64,000 bases of DNA from positions 14,632,001 to 14,696,000 of the forward strand of contig OX597820.1 of assembly GCA_951406725.2 (NCBI GenBank), given 5' to 3'. Positions 11,815-24,391 of the stretch are shown piece after piece. The translations under genes and the position numbers were made by a program. The notes under the pieces were generated by a model, which was given only the letters and a program-made list of their open reading frames with translations, was not told the DNA's origin and ran no database searches. This DNA comes from Octopus vulgaris. Taxonomy: Eukaryota. Every line of letters begins with the position of its first letter. The stretch's first letter is position 1.

Positions 11815-13870
11815 TATAGTATAAATATAAGAACGCACATGTACATTAGCTAACCATTAGTGGTTGTAGATGTTATTAACGAGTCGGCTCTTGCTTTTTG
11901 TCTTTCCTCTTATTTTGGCTTTTCAATCTTAGTGATTTACAGCATTGCTCTGCTTCTCCATACTTTGGTCCTCCTCAGCCTACCTTTGGATGTGCTGAAT
12001 GAAATGATTGTGTGTATGTGTGTGGGTGATGGTTGGGGTACATGCATATCTAACCCATCTGTTATTCTTTTCTCACACTCTTATGGAACTACCCATCTTT
12101 TCCTTCTCCCTCGCTCCGCTGTTCTTAATGTCCTCTCTGATGCTCACCTTTATGTACCTCCAGAGTTTGCTCTGGCACCCCATCTCTGCCATCTTTATCT
12201 TCTTCATAGCTACCTTCACCCCTTCTGATATAAATGCAGGAGATACCCATGTGTCTCCTCTGTTGCAAAACACCTGTACCTATCCCTGCCCCTCTGTCAT
12301 ACCTGAACCTCTTGACCCCCTTGAAACCAACCTGTCTCAGACCGCACTGGTTCTATCATACCAACCTCCTGTTTTAAAAGTGATGTAAATTAAAACTTTT
12401 CATTAAAATTCCATGTTAATTTGTTTAATAATGATCATGTTAAATTATTTTGAAAATTAATTGAAACGTAGGCCATGTATTTCAAAACGGAAATGGTTAA
12501 GGAAAGAGCAAATTTTTGGCATAGAGCCATCTCTTCTTCTCAGATACTTCTCTACGTACTTTTAGTTATAGGGTCTTTTTCATTTTTTTTCTCCCCCTGT
12601 TCTTTTTCTGCCTTGCTAGTTATTTAGCTGCATGAAAAAGCACCCAGCACCCACTGTAAAGTGGTTAGCATTAGGAAGGGCATCCGGCCGCAGAAAACCA
12701 CGTCAAAGCTGACACTGGAACTCAACACTGCATTGCTGTTTGTTGGATCCTGTCGAACTGTTCGACCCAAGCCACCTCAGAGAACAAGCATTAAATGGTG
12801 ATGATGTGGCTGATCAAGAAGAAAGGGAAAAAGTGAGAGAGAGAGAGAGAGAGAGCGGATGTTGGTGTTCGTTATTGTGGTGATATTCTTTTACTATTTG
12901 TGTAATGTAATATAGATTATTTCATGAGATAAAAACTAAGATTTAAGTTATGGATAAGCAAGATTTAAGACCTGTGTCTCTATGAGAGAGAGAGAAAGAG
13001 AAGGGTAAGAGATTGTGAGAGAGAAAGAAAGAGAGAGAGAGTAACTCTGTATGAAGTTAATTTGTATTCCCTGGTCTAAAAATTGACTGAATTGTTATCT
13101 ATAATAACTAGTTTCCAATATCTATGATAAATTTGTGAAAATTTATGGTTTTAAAAAAATATGGAATTTAACTTAAGATTTTCATTGTATCTTATTTAAA
13201 AATACTAGCAAATTACACTAATTTGAATTCCAAGAATAACTATTATTAGCATTATTTCAGTTCACTGTTCTTTATTTTTGGAGAGATTTTAATGACGATC
13301 TGTTTTTCTTTGTTTTTGAAAAACTTCTTCATTTATTTATAAAAATATATCAACTCTGCTACCAACTTTTTCTTTTTTTTTGTTTTAATTACTTCTAATC
13401 TGTTGAACAAGACAGGTTGTTTGAAATTCATTGAATTATTTTTATATTTTTATCAATTTTTCAAAAGAATATTGCATTCATGAAATTGTACAGTTTGACA
13501 TTTAGGAAACAAACAGGCCATGTTTGATAACCTGTCCATCGTTGAATAGTTGCTATAAAACTGATGGATGGACAGATGGTATTTTTACTTTTACGGCCAA
13601 ACCCTTCAAGTGTTTGGCTGTACAAATCAACCCCAGTACTTATTTGATTGATCCCATTTGCTGAACTGTTAAGTTATAGGTGGTGTCAAGAGACCAACAC
13701 CGGTTGTCAAGAGTTGGTGAGGGACACACACAAACACACAACTGGCTTCTTTCACTATCATCGCCCAAATCCACTCACAGGGCTTTGGGCAAGACACTTG
13801 TCCAAGGTGTCACACTGTGGGACTGAACCCAGAACTAAGTGGTTGGGAAGCAAATTTCTTACTACACCTG

Positions 13871-13930
<60 letters not shown>

Positions 13931-14056
13931 GTAATCCCTTACCATATTGCGGTTCACCTATAGTGGTTTATTATTTAAGCCTACATCGATTTCTCTGTGG
14001 TGTTGTTTTGCATTTATAATAAAATAAATATATACAAATATATATAAAGATATATA

Positions 14057-14216
14057 GGTGCAGGAGTGGCTGTGTGGTAAGTAGCTTGCTTACCAATCAC
14101 GTGCTCCTGGGTTCAGTCCCACTGTGTGGCACCTTGGGCAAGTGTCTTCTATATTCTCAGGCTGACCAAAGCCTTGTGAGTGGATTTGGTAGACAGAAAC
14201 TGAAAGAAGCCCGTCG
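14057..14216 (+). mobile_element. SINE family A, 5' half
   Basis: GGTGCAGGAGTGGCTGTGTGG..GAAGCCCGTCG then (TA)n. Confidence 0.85.
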
Positions 14217-15069
14217 TATATATATATATATATATATTAAAAGTTTTCATACAAATTCTGCATAAATTAACAGAGTTCCACTTTTATTGCCAGCAAAAGG
14301 AGTAATCCTGTTTTATGGTGGCATATGATAGCTGACAACTGTACAAGAGCTTTGAACTGCACATTAGTATATATAAATGTGTGTGTGTGTGTGTGTAAGG
14401 GTACACTTTATTGTATTAAGTTACAGGTGTGTGTGTGTGTGTGTGTGTGTGAGCTGGTATATTCAAAGAAACACTTGCAATGAATATGAGCTCAAATCTT
14501 GCAATGAAGTTTTATAGTCCAATATGTAATTTATTCCAGCGTTTCAGATGAGGTAGGAATGGTTGGTGTGGGTGGGTGGGTGGGTGGCTGGTAGCAAATG
14601 AATGAAAGAAGAGACATCAGATTGGAATTTTTCTCCATCTTGTATTCAGAAATAAGACAGTGAATTTTTACATCTACTTACATTTCAATATTCTTTATTA
14701 TTTTTTATTTTCTTAACACATACACACACACATATATATATACATACACACACACACACACACATATATATACATACACACACACACATATATATATATA
14801 TACATACGTATATAATCTTATCTGTTTAAATACTTGTTCCTACCACCACCACTGCCACCCTCATTCTCTTTAGATCTGTCTCTCTGTCTGTCTGTCTGTC
14901 TGTCTCTCACACTCACAAATCATTTTGCTCAGTTCCTAATCTCTCCGTTTCTTTTTCTTTTTTTTGTACCTCCTATCATTCACCTGCTTTAACTGCATTA
15001 CATTTAATCAAGTCACTTTTATCTATGACACAGTCTTACCTGACTCTCGTGTCTGTTACTACCCATTCT

Positions 15070-15487
15070 TCAGTTTTTACTCTTTATCTTCTCTCTCTCC
15101 ACCCCCTTTACCCCCCCCCCCCCAGTTCTCCCTCCCTCTCTCTCTATTTCTCCCTCTTTCTCTTTCTCATCCCTTATCTCTCTCCAGATTTAAAAGGCAC
15201 TATAGAGGCAGAAGGGCACCGCAGAACCATTAAATTTACAACTGATTCTCCGTAGATTAAGCTAAATATTAATTTCAATCCATGAAGCTCTGGCAACAGC
15301 TCTGGTTTCTTAATCTATCCCTCTCCCTTCCTTTCTCTCTCTCTCTCTCTCTCTTCCTTTCTCTCTCTCTCTCTCTGTTCCCCCCTCCCTCCCACCTTTT
15401 CTCTCTCTCTCCCCACCTCTCCCTATCTCTCTCACTCAGTAGAGTGTGTCTAGGTTTGTTTTCTTTTGAAATTACAATGAAATTCGC

Positions 15488-15519
<32 letters not shown>

Positions 15520-15580
15520 GTTATTGTTATTATTGTTATTGTTATTAGTAGTAGTAGTATTAGTTGTAGTAGTAGTGGTA
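15070..15580. repeat. CT-rich polypyrimidine tracts and (TTA)n/(TAG)n repeats
   Basis: Direct reading. Confidence 0.85.
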
Positions 15581-16705
15581 GTCCATTTAGCTGTGCTTTG
15601 GAAAGCTGTAAGTCTCTAATTTAGTTTCTCTGATCTTTTAATGGTGTATGGGAAACATTCAGTTTGGAACCATCTTAAAATTTATCAAGGAGTTTGAATT
15701 AAATAAATAAATAAATAAATAAATGAATGAATGAATAAATAAATAAATGAAAGAATAAATAAATTAAATTTGAAAAAAAAAAAAAGTAAAATAAAACTAA
15801 GAACTAAACAAAAAAAAAACGAAACTTAAAATTGAATTTAAAAAGTAATAAAAAAAAATTTTTTTTTTTTTAAATAAGAAGAAAAATAAAAAAAGAAAAA
15901 AAAAGAAAAAAACAAAAAAACAAAGGGAAGGCCATCCTGAAAACATAAAAGAAAAAACTTGCAGCTGGAATGAAAATTTTGAGTTGTGTTGAAATAAGTT
16001 TTAAAAAGAAGGAAAGAAAAAAGGAAGTGCGGGGGATGGGTGGGGGGGAAGAATTATAAAATAAACAATGATGGCAAAACCAAAAAAGAAAAAATGAAAA
16101 ACAAACCAAAATAAATGCATGTAAACAAAGAAATCTTGTGCAGCATCAACAGAATTTGCTGATTGGTTTCTGGGTTACAAGAACAATATTCTTTCTTTTT
16201 TAATACAATGATAGCAAATCTTTTCATTCCGTTTAAAGTCCTTCTCTTGTTTTAAACCCCCCACCCCCACCCTACCACCGCTCCGTCGCCACCACCACCA
16301 CCACTGCCATCACGTTATTTCTACGTCCATTCTGGAGAAGAAATCTTGTGAAAAAAAAAAAAAAAATTCTTTGTATTTGTTTAAATGTTCTCACAAGGTT
16401 TGGTTCCATTGACACATTCCACACCTCCACCCAGCCACCCATTGTTTTTGTATTTGATCATCTAGACTGGGATTCCAGTTCAATTCCTGACTGGTCTCTT
16501 TCTCTCTGCCTCCCTTTCTCTCCCCTCCCCCTCTCTATGGAGTGCAGAGAATCCTGTTTCCCTTGATATATTTTGCCATACCACTTTGTCCTTTTGTATC
16601 ATTCGTTGTGCTCATGTCGCTGTGTCACACAGCTTCCGTATTTCATCAATTGCACTATTTATTCATTTCTAAGTTTGGACAGGTGAGTACCTATGTATGT
16701 GGATA

Positions 16706-17228
16706 GGTGTGAGAGTGGCTGTGTGGTAAGCAGCTTGCTTACCAACCAAATGGTTCTGGGTTCAGTCCCACTGCGTGGCACCTTGCGCAAGTGACTTCTG
16801 CTATAAGCCTTGTGAGTGGATCTGGTAGATGGAAATTGAAAGCAGGCCGTCATATATATATATATATATATATTTTGGCCGATGCCAGCACCGCCTTTAC
16901 TGGCGTCCGTGCCAGTGACACATAAAAAGTACCAACTGATAATGGCCATTTGTCAGCCTCCTCTGGCCCCTGTACTGGTGGCACGTAAAATGCACCCACT
17001 ACACTCATGGAGTGGTTGGCGTTAGGAAGGGCATCCAGCTGTAGAAACACTGCCTGATCAGACTGGAGCCTGGTGCAGCCTCTTGGCTTCCCAGACCCCG
17101 GTTGAACTGTCCAACCCATGCTAACATGGAAAGCGGACATTAAACAATGATGATGATGATATATATGTTTGTGTGTCTGTGTTTGTTCCCCTCCCCCCAC
17201 ATCACTTGACAACCGATGTCGGTGTGTT

Positions 17229-17230
<2 letters not shown>
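16706..17230 (+). mobile_element. SINE family A interrupted by an RTE 3' fragment (16876-17160) in its internal microsatellite
   Basis: SINE head/core 16706-16852, RTE 3' UTR ending (GAT)n, SINE resumes GTCTGTGTTTGTTCCCC..GACAACCGATG. Confidence 0.8.
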
Positions 17231-17263
<33 letters not shown>

Positions 17264-18067
17264 ACATAGTTGTTTGGTATTCTCTTTGTTTCAATATTCA
17301 CCTTTAGTATTTATACTCTAGAAACAGGACAGCCAATGTAGGGACATAGCAATGCCTCAGTATCAAGTAAATGAATATATCATCGTCAGCATCACTACTA
17401 TCATCATCATCATCATCATTGTCATTTAAATCATCATCATTGAAGTCTGCTTTTCCATACTTGCACGAGTCAGGTGTAATTTGTTGAGGCAAATTCTCTA
17501 TGATCAGATGCCCTTCTTGTCACCAACACTCACTCACCTGTTCCCAAGTTTCCCCTCGTATTAATGTAATATTGTTAATATTTTCCCCATGGCCAGACTA
17601 TTGGTTGAAGCAAGTAAAGGGATTTTTTTTTTAAAAATCAATAAGTATTTAAACATAAAGTGTACTTAGAAATCCTGTTGTGCTGATGATTACAAAGTTA
17701 GTATTTAGTAATTACAACTGTTAATACTTACGAGTCCTCATACATACTCCCTTAAAATGCTAAGAAAGCAATACATTCCATGCTGGGAGGTTTTATTAGA
17801 TGTTGTGTTTAATGTCCAATAATTGTGTTGCTGTGAAGCATATTTAAATTTGTCTGCACATGCATTCTAATAACTTCTATTGTCACACGCACACCACAAA
17901 TGTGTTCACACATGCAGAATAATAAGAGGCTACAGACTTCAACAAGGTGCTCAACAGATATTCATAAAATTGCAAATGTTTTTTTGTTTTTTTTTTTGCG
18001 CTACAGTACAAGTCGATAGCGTGATAAAATAGATGAAAAGAGCTAGGGTTTGCTGCACTATATAAGG

Positions 18068-18102
<35 letters not shown>

Positions 18103-18107
18103 TTTTT

Positions 18108-18360
18108 CATCATCATCGTTTAATGTCCATTTTCCATGCTAGCATGGGTTGGATGGTCCGACCGGGGTCTAGGAAGCCAGGAGGCTGCACCAGGCTCCAG
18201 TCTGATCTGGTAGAGTTTCTACAGCTGGATGCCCTTCCTAATGCCAACCACTCTGTGAGTGTAGTGGGTGCTTTTACGTGCCACCGGCACAGGCGCCAGG
18301 CGAGGCTGGCAACGGCCACAACTGGTTGCTGCTTTTTATGTGCCACTGGCACGAAGGTTT
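18108..18360 (-). mobile_element. RTE LINE 3'-end fragment
   Basis: CATCATCATCGTTTAATGTCCATTTTCCATGCTAGC..GTGCCACCGGCAC, closely similar to 41373-41620. Confidence 0.85.
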
Positions 18361-18468
18361 TTGTTTCGGCAACTATATCTTTTGTCAGGCACTTTGAAAA
18401 ACTCAGAAGTTGTACTTGTTGCAGTTGTTTACTCTGCTCCATAATACATTTAAGAACTGTGCTTCATC

Positions 18469-18499
<31 letters not shown>

Positions 18500-19953
18500 A
18501 CCATCCCTGCTTCTATGTTGCCACGGTTTGGATGGTATGACCAGAACTAATGAACCTGAGGGTTATGCTGAGCACCAATGTCTTCTTTGGCATGCTTTCT
18601 AAGCAAGTTGCCCTAATGTCAACCACTTTATAAAGTGTAGTGGACCATTTTTGTTTTCCTTGGTGTCACCACTGGTGAGGTCAACAAGTGCTTGTAAGAC
18701 AAAACTGACCCCCCCCCCCCTTTCCCCATTGAGTTGAGTATAGTATTGAGGAATATGAAGGTATGATAGAGAGACAGAAATAGGTGTCATGTTGAAGAGT
18801 TGAGTACATGGCTTGCCCACTTAGAAATCCTGGAATAAAAAAATGTCTTCCAAAATAGACTCTCACTTTTTGTTAATATTTTGAAGTTAAAAAAAAAAAA
18901 AACAAATGTTTAGTCATATTTATTGTAATTGCTTTTTAAAATACATTGGAAAAGTCCATGTATTTCTATGCAAAATGGAAAGCAAATTTGGAAGTGACCT
19001 TTTGCACTTTTACTGGTGTAGATTGTAAAAGTGTGACTAATGTAAAGTCAACATTGTGAAAAGAAAACACTTTCAAAAAATTTTTCAGAATAGTAATAAA
19101 TTGAAACACAACATCTTAAATTTTCAGAAATTAAAAAGAAGTGTTCTGTTATTATCTTGCATGTAAAATTTTGTTTTCTGATTACTTTACATCAACAACT
19201 ATGAACAAACATGAATTCTGTATAATTACTGCTGCCAACTTGCTGCACAGAAGGATATAATAGTTGTAATGCAGGATGTAAACACTTTCATTGTGTTTTG
19301 TTTAAATACTTTATACTTTATTGGATACTTTTGTTCTTTCAGTAGAAGTGTATATAATGACAGTTATAATAATTACAGTATTGCAGGAACAGAAGTAGTT
19401 ATGTATGATTGTTATTGGTTTTTGTTTGTTGTTTTGTTTTTATGAATTTGATCTTCATGTTAGATGCAGGTTTGGCTGTGTCAGTAAGAAGCTTGTTTTG
19501 CGAACATTTGGTTTCAGGTTTCAATCCCAATGTGTCGCAACTTGTACATCTACTAAAGCCCCAGATCGAACCCCATGCCTTATGAGTGAATTTAGTTGAC
19601 GGAAACTGTACAAAGCGTTTTGTGTGTATGTGTCTTTACCTTTATATTTCCCCTTCCCCATAACTTAGCAGTTTGTTAAAAGCAATTGATAGAATTAGAA
19701 AATTAGTACTGGGGTCAGTTTGTTAGACTAAACCCTTAGAGGTAGTGCCCCAGGATGGCTGCAGTTAAATGACAGAAACAAGACAAGGTATTAAATGAAG
19801 TAGTGGTTTCATTAAGTTAGGAAGGGCATCCGTCCATAGAAACCAAATCAGACTGGAATCTGGTGAAGCTCTCACAGCTTGCCAGCCCTGGTCAAACCAT
19901 CCAACCCATGCCATTATGGACAACGAACATTTATTGATGATGACGATGATGAT

Positions 19954-20381
19954 TTAACCATTTAGTATACTCTGTCAAATGTAATCTTCATTTATTCACA
20001 TTGTTTTGAATTAATCTTGCATTATCTCAAAGCTTTGAGATTTGAATGGTGTAATTGTTTATTTTGAGAATGGCATTGCAGGGTAGATGTAGGAGGTCAG
20101 ATCTGGACAGGTCGAACATAAGACTGGTGTAATATTTAGTCCATATTCCTCCATAAGTAGCACGGGGCTGGTCTCCTCATTTCTCTGACGTACACATTCC
20201 TTCCTGGATGGGTCACTTCTTTTTACCTGCTGAATGGGATGAAGCAATGTGAAACAAAATGTCTTGCTCAAGAACACAATCCAGTCCATAAATTGAAACC
20301 ACTATCCTACTGTCATGTGTCCAAAGCCTTAACCACTAAACCATGTATCTCTACTTGACAGTTCAAGTGCTAAAGAGTTAA
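19954..20381. mobile_element. piggyBac-like (TTAA) MITE interrupted by a minus-strand family D SINE (~20150-20345)
   Basis: TTAACCATTTAG ... CTAAAGAGTTAA ends; internal sequence shared with 46900-47080. Confidence 0.55.
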
Positions 20382-20417
20382 TGTGTTATCACACCCATAG
20401 AAAAAACTGAAGATAAT

Positions 20418-20625
20418 TGGCAGAAATGTTAGCATGCCGGGCGAAAGGCTTAGCAGTAGTTCGTCTGTCTTTACGTTTTGAGTTCAAATTCCACCGAGGT
20501 CAACTTTGCCTTTCATCCTTTCAGGGTTGATAAATTAAGTACCAGTTGTGTATTGGGGTCATTCTGATAGACTGGCCCCCTCCCCCAAAATTTCGTGTCT
20601 TGTGCCTAGAGTAGGAAAGAATATT
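20418..20625 (+). mobile_element. SINE family B
   Basis: TGGCAGAAATGTTAGC A box, GAGTTCAAATTCC B box, GCCTTTCATCCTTTC.GGGT.GATAAATTAAGTACCAG central domain. Confidence 0.8.
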
Positions 20626-20671
20626 ATTGTGAATTTAACTTGCAATATATACCAGCTCAGGCAATGGATAT

Positions 20672-20844
20672 ACCATATTTACTAGTGTATAAACTACACT
20701 TCTAATTCGAAGTTGAATCCTGATACAAAATATTTTTTCCCCCTTCATAGTTTTAGCTTTGCCCTGTGTATCAATCGCACCCTAGTTTTATCTACTTAAA
20801 ATCAAGCAGAAAATGTTGTGACTTGTATTAGCATAAAGACAGTA
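20672..20844. mobile_element. Degenerate pogo/Tigger-like MITE
   Basis: TACCATATTTACTAGTGTATAA ... TTGTATTAGCATAAAGACAGTA imperfect TIRs. Confidence 0.45.
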
Positions 20845-21473
20845 ACATTTGGACATTAAGCATCAAATTATGGACATCATTTTGTTCTCTTGAATAATGC
20901 ATACCTGCAAATATTCGGGTTTAAAAATCTGGTTGCAACTGTTTTATTATATGCAAATGCCTACAAATAAACAGTTTATGAAACATTTTATTAAAACAAA
21001 GGTACAACTCCAAGTGTCAAGAGAAATTTATGGGATGTGATAAGTTCCAATCAATTTTTATCTTTATTTTTCTGATTCTATAAATTTAAATGGTACCTGA
21101 TTACCACCCACCTCTGATGCCTTTGTGTGTGTGTGTGTGTGTGTGTGTGTATACTCCACTTTCCATGGCTAACATTATACAAATTACGCAAAAGTTTTCT
21201 GATATTTCATTATGAAATTCCAGTGTCAATTGAAATTGACCTGGCGCTTAAATATCCCAATGGAATTTCTCTTGGTAACTTTTCTAATCATTCTTTAGCA
21301 ACAGGAATTCTATCGTCTTCAAGTGGAGTTTGGTTAATTGAGAAGCTTTTCTCATTCATCAAAACATTCTATTTATTTATTTACTTATTTATTTTATTTA
21401 TTTATTTGATCTTGACAGTGTTTAATCACATGCATTATGACACATCAAACTGGAAGTCTTATTTTCAAAGGTT

Positions 21474-21539
21474 ACAGGCATATAGCGTAGAGTTGCAGGC
21501 TACTAACCCCAAGATTCCAAGTTCGATTCCAAGCAGTGA

Positions 21540-21592
<53 letters not shown>

Positions 21593-21756
21593 TTGAAAAA
21601 TACCTTAGGAATGAGAACCCAGGTTTGAAATTTCCCCCAAGACACCTGATGAAGGCTGGAGGGTATATCAGCCGAAACATTGTGTTAACAACAAACAAGA
21701 TGAGGACAAATATCTGTGAAACGTAAATAATTCCTCATCTCTTAAATATAGAACTG
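21474..21756 (+). mobile_element. tRNA-headed SINE carrying a Penelope-type hammerhead motif
   Basis: B box GTTCGATTCC, (AAT)n, then hammerhead core; homologous to 51587-51827 (-). Confidence 0.75.
21641..21686 (+). ncRNA. Minimal type I hammerhead ribozyme motif
   Basis: Stem I GACAC/GTGTT; core CTGATGA; stem II GGCTG/CAGCC; GAAA-CA-TT (GAAACGTT in the second copy). Confidence 0.65.
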
Positions 21757-21853
21757 TGTTACAATTCTTGTTTGGTGCCCCAACATAATACATTTTTGTC
21801 CCACCCATGCTAGCATGGAAGGCAGACATTAAATGATGAGGATGATATATATA

Positions 21854-21905
<52 letters not shown>

Positions 21906-21931
21906 CGTAGGAGTGGCTGTGTGGTAAGTAG

Positions 21932-21965
<34 letters not shown>

Positions 21966-21967
<2 letters not shown>

Positions 21968-22435
21968 TCGTGGCCGTTTGCCAGCTCTGTCTGGCAACCG
22001 TGTCGGTGGCACGTAAAAGCACCATCTGTTTGCGTCCGTTGCCAGCCTCGGCTGGCCCCCGTGCCGGTGACACGTAAAAGCACTGTCCGTTCGTGGCCGG
22101 TTGCCAGCTCTGTCTGGCCCCGTGTCGGTGGCACGTAAAAGCACCATCCGTTCGTGTCCGTTGCCAGCATCGCCTGGCCCCGTGCCGGTGACACGTAAAA
22201 GCACCATCCGTTCGTGGCCGTTCGCCAGCTCTGTCTGGCACCTGTGCAGGTGGCACATAAAAAACACCCACTACACTCACGGAGTGGTTGGCGTTAGGAA
22301 GGGCATCCAGCCGTAGAAACACTGCCAGATCTGACTGGGCCTGACGAAGCCTTCCAGCTTCACAGACCCCAGTTGACCGTCCAACCCATGCTAGCATGGA
22401 AAACGGACGCTAAACGATGATGATGATGATGATGA
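21966..22435 (+). mobile_element. RTE LINE 3' end with ~5 tandem ~59-bp units
   Basis: Unit GCCGTTGCCAGC..CTGGCCCCGTGCCGGTGGCACGTAAAAGCACCATCCGTTCGTG; tail CGCTAAACGATGATGATG. Confidence 0.85.
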
Positions 22436-23221
22436 TATATATATATATATATATACATGCACACATGTATGTATGCTGCAGATTTCTACAGACAGTTTCT
22501 GTCTACCAAACTTGCTCACAAGGCATTGGTTGGTCTGAGGCTGTAGTAGAAGGCACATCCAGGGTGCCATGCAGGAGGACTGAACTTGAGACCATGCGAT
22601 TGCAAAATAAGTTTCTTAACCACACACCCAAACTAAGCTAAACCAAGCCTGAAACGGAGTTTATTGAGAAAAAAAGCTGATGACTCCCTCCCATACTCTG
22701 AGTTTTATGTTACATGCAATTGTTCATGTGTAAAAAGAACAAAAAGCAAAAAAAAAAGAAAAAAAAAAAAGTAGGAACAATAAAGGAATAAATGTGAGGA
22801 ATTTGGTTTGAACCAAAAGGACACAGGTTGGATGGATTTTCATTGGCTGATAGCAGCCAGGTGAGTGGCAGATGGTGAGGGAGAGGGAGGCTGCAATGTG
22901 TGTGTGTGTATGTGTGCATGCATGCGTGTGTGCGTGCATGTAGTGTTTTGAGCTGTGGCTGTTTGTTTCCTGATAAGGAGCAGAATGTGAGAATGATTGA
23001 TTTCTTTGTGATTGCCTGTAAATGTATTTCGGTATCTGTATTTTGCAGCTATTTGCGGTATGAAGTCCAATAGATATTCATTCATACTATAAGCGTTACG
23101 AGAGTGATTCTCGATGCCAAACGGTTTAACGAGGAGAAAGAAAAAGAAGAGAGTGGATGAAACAGATCTATTCTGGACTGCGAGAATGTTATGCTTTTTT
23201 TGATGAAATGAATACTCTGTT

Positions 23222-23416
23222 ACTCTTTCACTTGTTTCAGTCATTTGACTGTGGCCATGCTGGAGCAGCGCCTTTAGTCGAGCAAATCGACCCCAGGACT
23301 TATTCGTTGTAAGCCTAGTACTTATTCTGTCGGTCTCTTTTGCTGAACCACTAAGTTACGGGGATGTAAACACACCAGCATCGCTTGTCAAGCGATGTTG
23401 GAGGAGAAAAACACAG

Positions 23417-23451
<35 letters not shown>

Positions 23452-23555
23452 GGCTTCTTTCAATTTCCGTCTACCAAATCCATTCACAAGGCTTTGGTTG
23501 GCCCGAGGTTATAATAGAAGACACTTGCCCAAGGTGCTGTGCAGTGGGACTGAAT
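23222..23555 (-). mobile_element. SINE family A (5'-truncated)
   Basis: Reverse complement of the family consensus. Confidence 0.85.
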
Positions 23556-23786
23556 GTAGAAATTATACAAATAATTGACAGAAAAGGGGCTTAAAACCCC
23601 AGATTCACAACATTTTTCTTAGTAGATGTGTGTGTGTATTCTTGCCTTGGCATCATTTAACATATGTTTTCCCTATGCTTTTGTATGAGTCTGGTGGAAT
23701 TTGTTGAGGCAGATTTTCTACAGCTGGGTGCCCTTCTTGTTGCTAACTCTCACCTTCTTCTAAGGAAGGTAATATTTCCCCATTGC

Positions 23787-24030
23787 AGGGCAGTGAGCTG
23801 GCAGAATCGTTAGCATGCCGGGTGAACTACCTAGCAGTAATTCGTCTGTTGTTACGTTCCGAGTTCAAATTCCGCCAAGGTTGACATTGCTTTTCATCCT
23901 TTCGGGGTTGATTAAATAAATATCAGTTACACACTGGGGTTGATGTAACTGAGATGTAATTGACTTATTCCCATTGTGTGTCTTTGTTTGTCCCCTCTAT
24001 GTTTAGCCCCCTGTGGGCAATAAAGAAATA
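23787..24030 (+). mobile_element. SINE family B with a perfect 16-bp TSD, nested in an A2-type tail
   Basis: AATATTTCCCCATTGC at 23771-23786 and 24031-24046. Confidence 0.88.
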
Positions 24031-24350
24031 AATATTTCCCCATTGCTAGATGACATGTTTTTCACAGAAGACTGGAAACGAACCATCTTCTTTTTATGAC
24101 AGTAACATTTGTCTACAACCATCACATGATACGTTGATAAAAGTACACACAGACTCATGCACACTGTGCCATCTTAAGGTATGGGCCCACCCACTCTGAA
24201 CAGTTGTCCTGGGGGCCTCACAGGTCTTGGGACTCAACTTTGATCTGTGTATGCTGTGGTTTAACTATCAATAAGGGAAATACCGTTCGGCACATTGCTT
24301 TGTTTTACCCAAGGGCCTGTGATGCTTTTATGTCAGTCCTGCACACGCAT

Positions 24351-24389
<39 letters not shown>

Positions 24390-24391
24390 CA

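Noticed and set aside
21810-22397. Regularly spaced ~59-bp repeats as a CRISPR array, or the 195-aa repeat ORF as a gene
   Set aside because: No unique spacers, eukaryotic context; these are tandem units of the RTE 3' UTR
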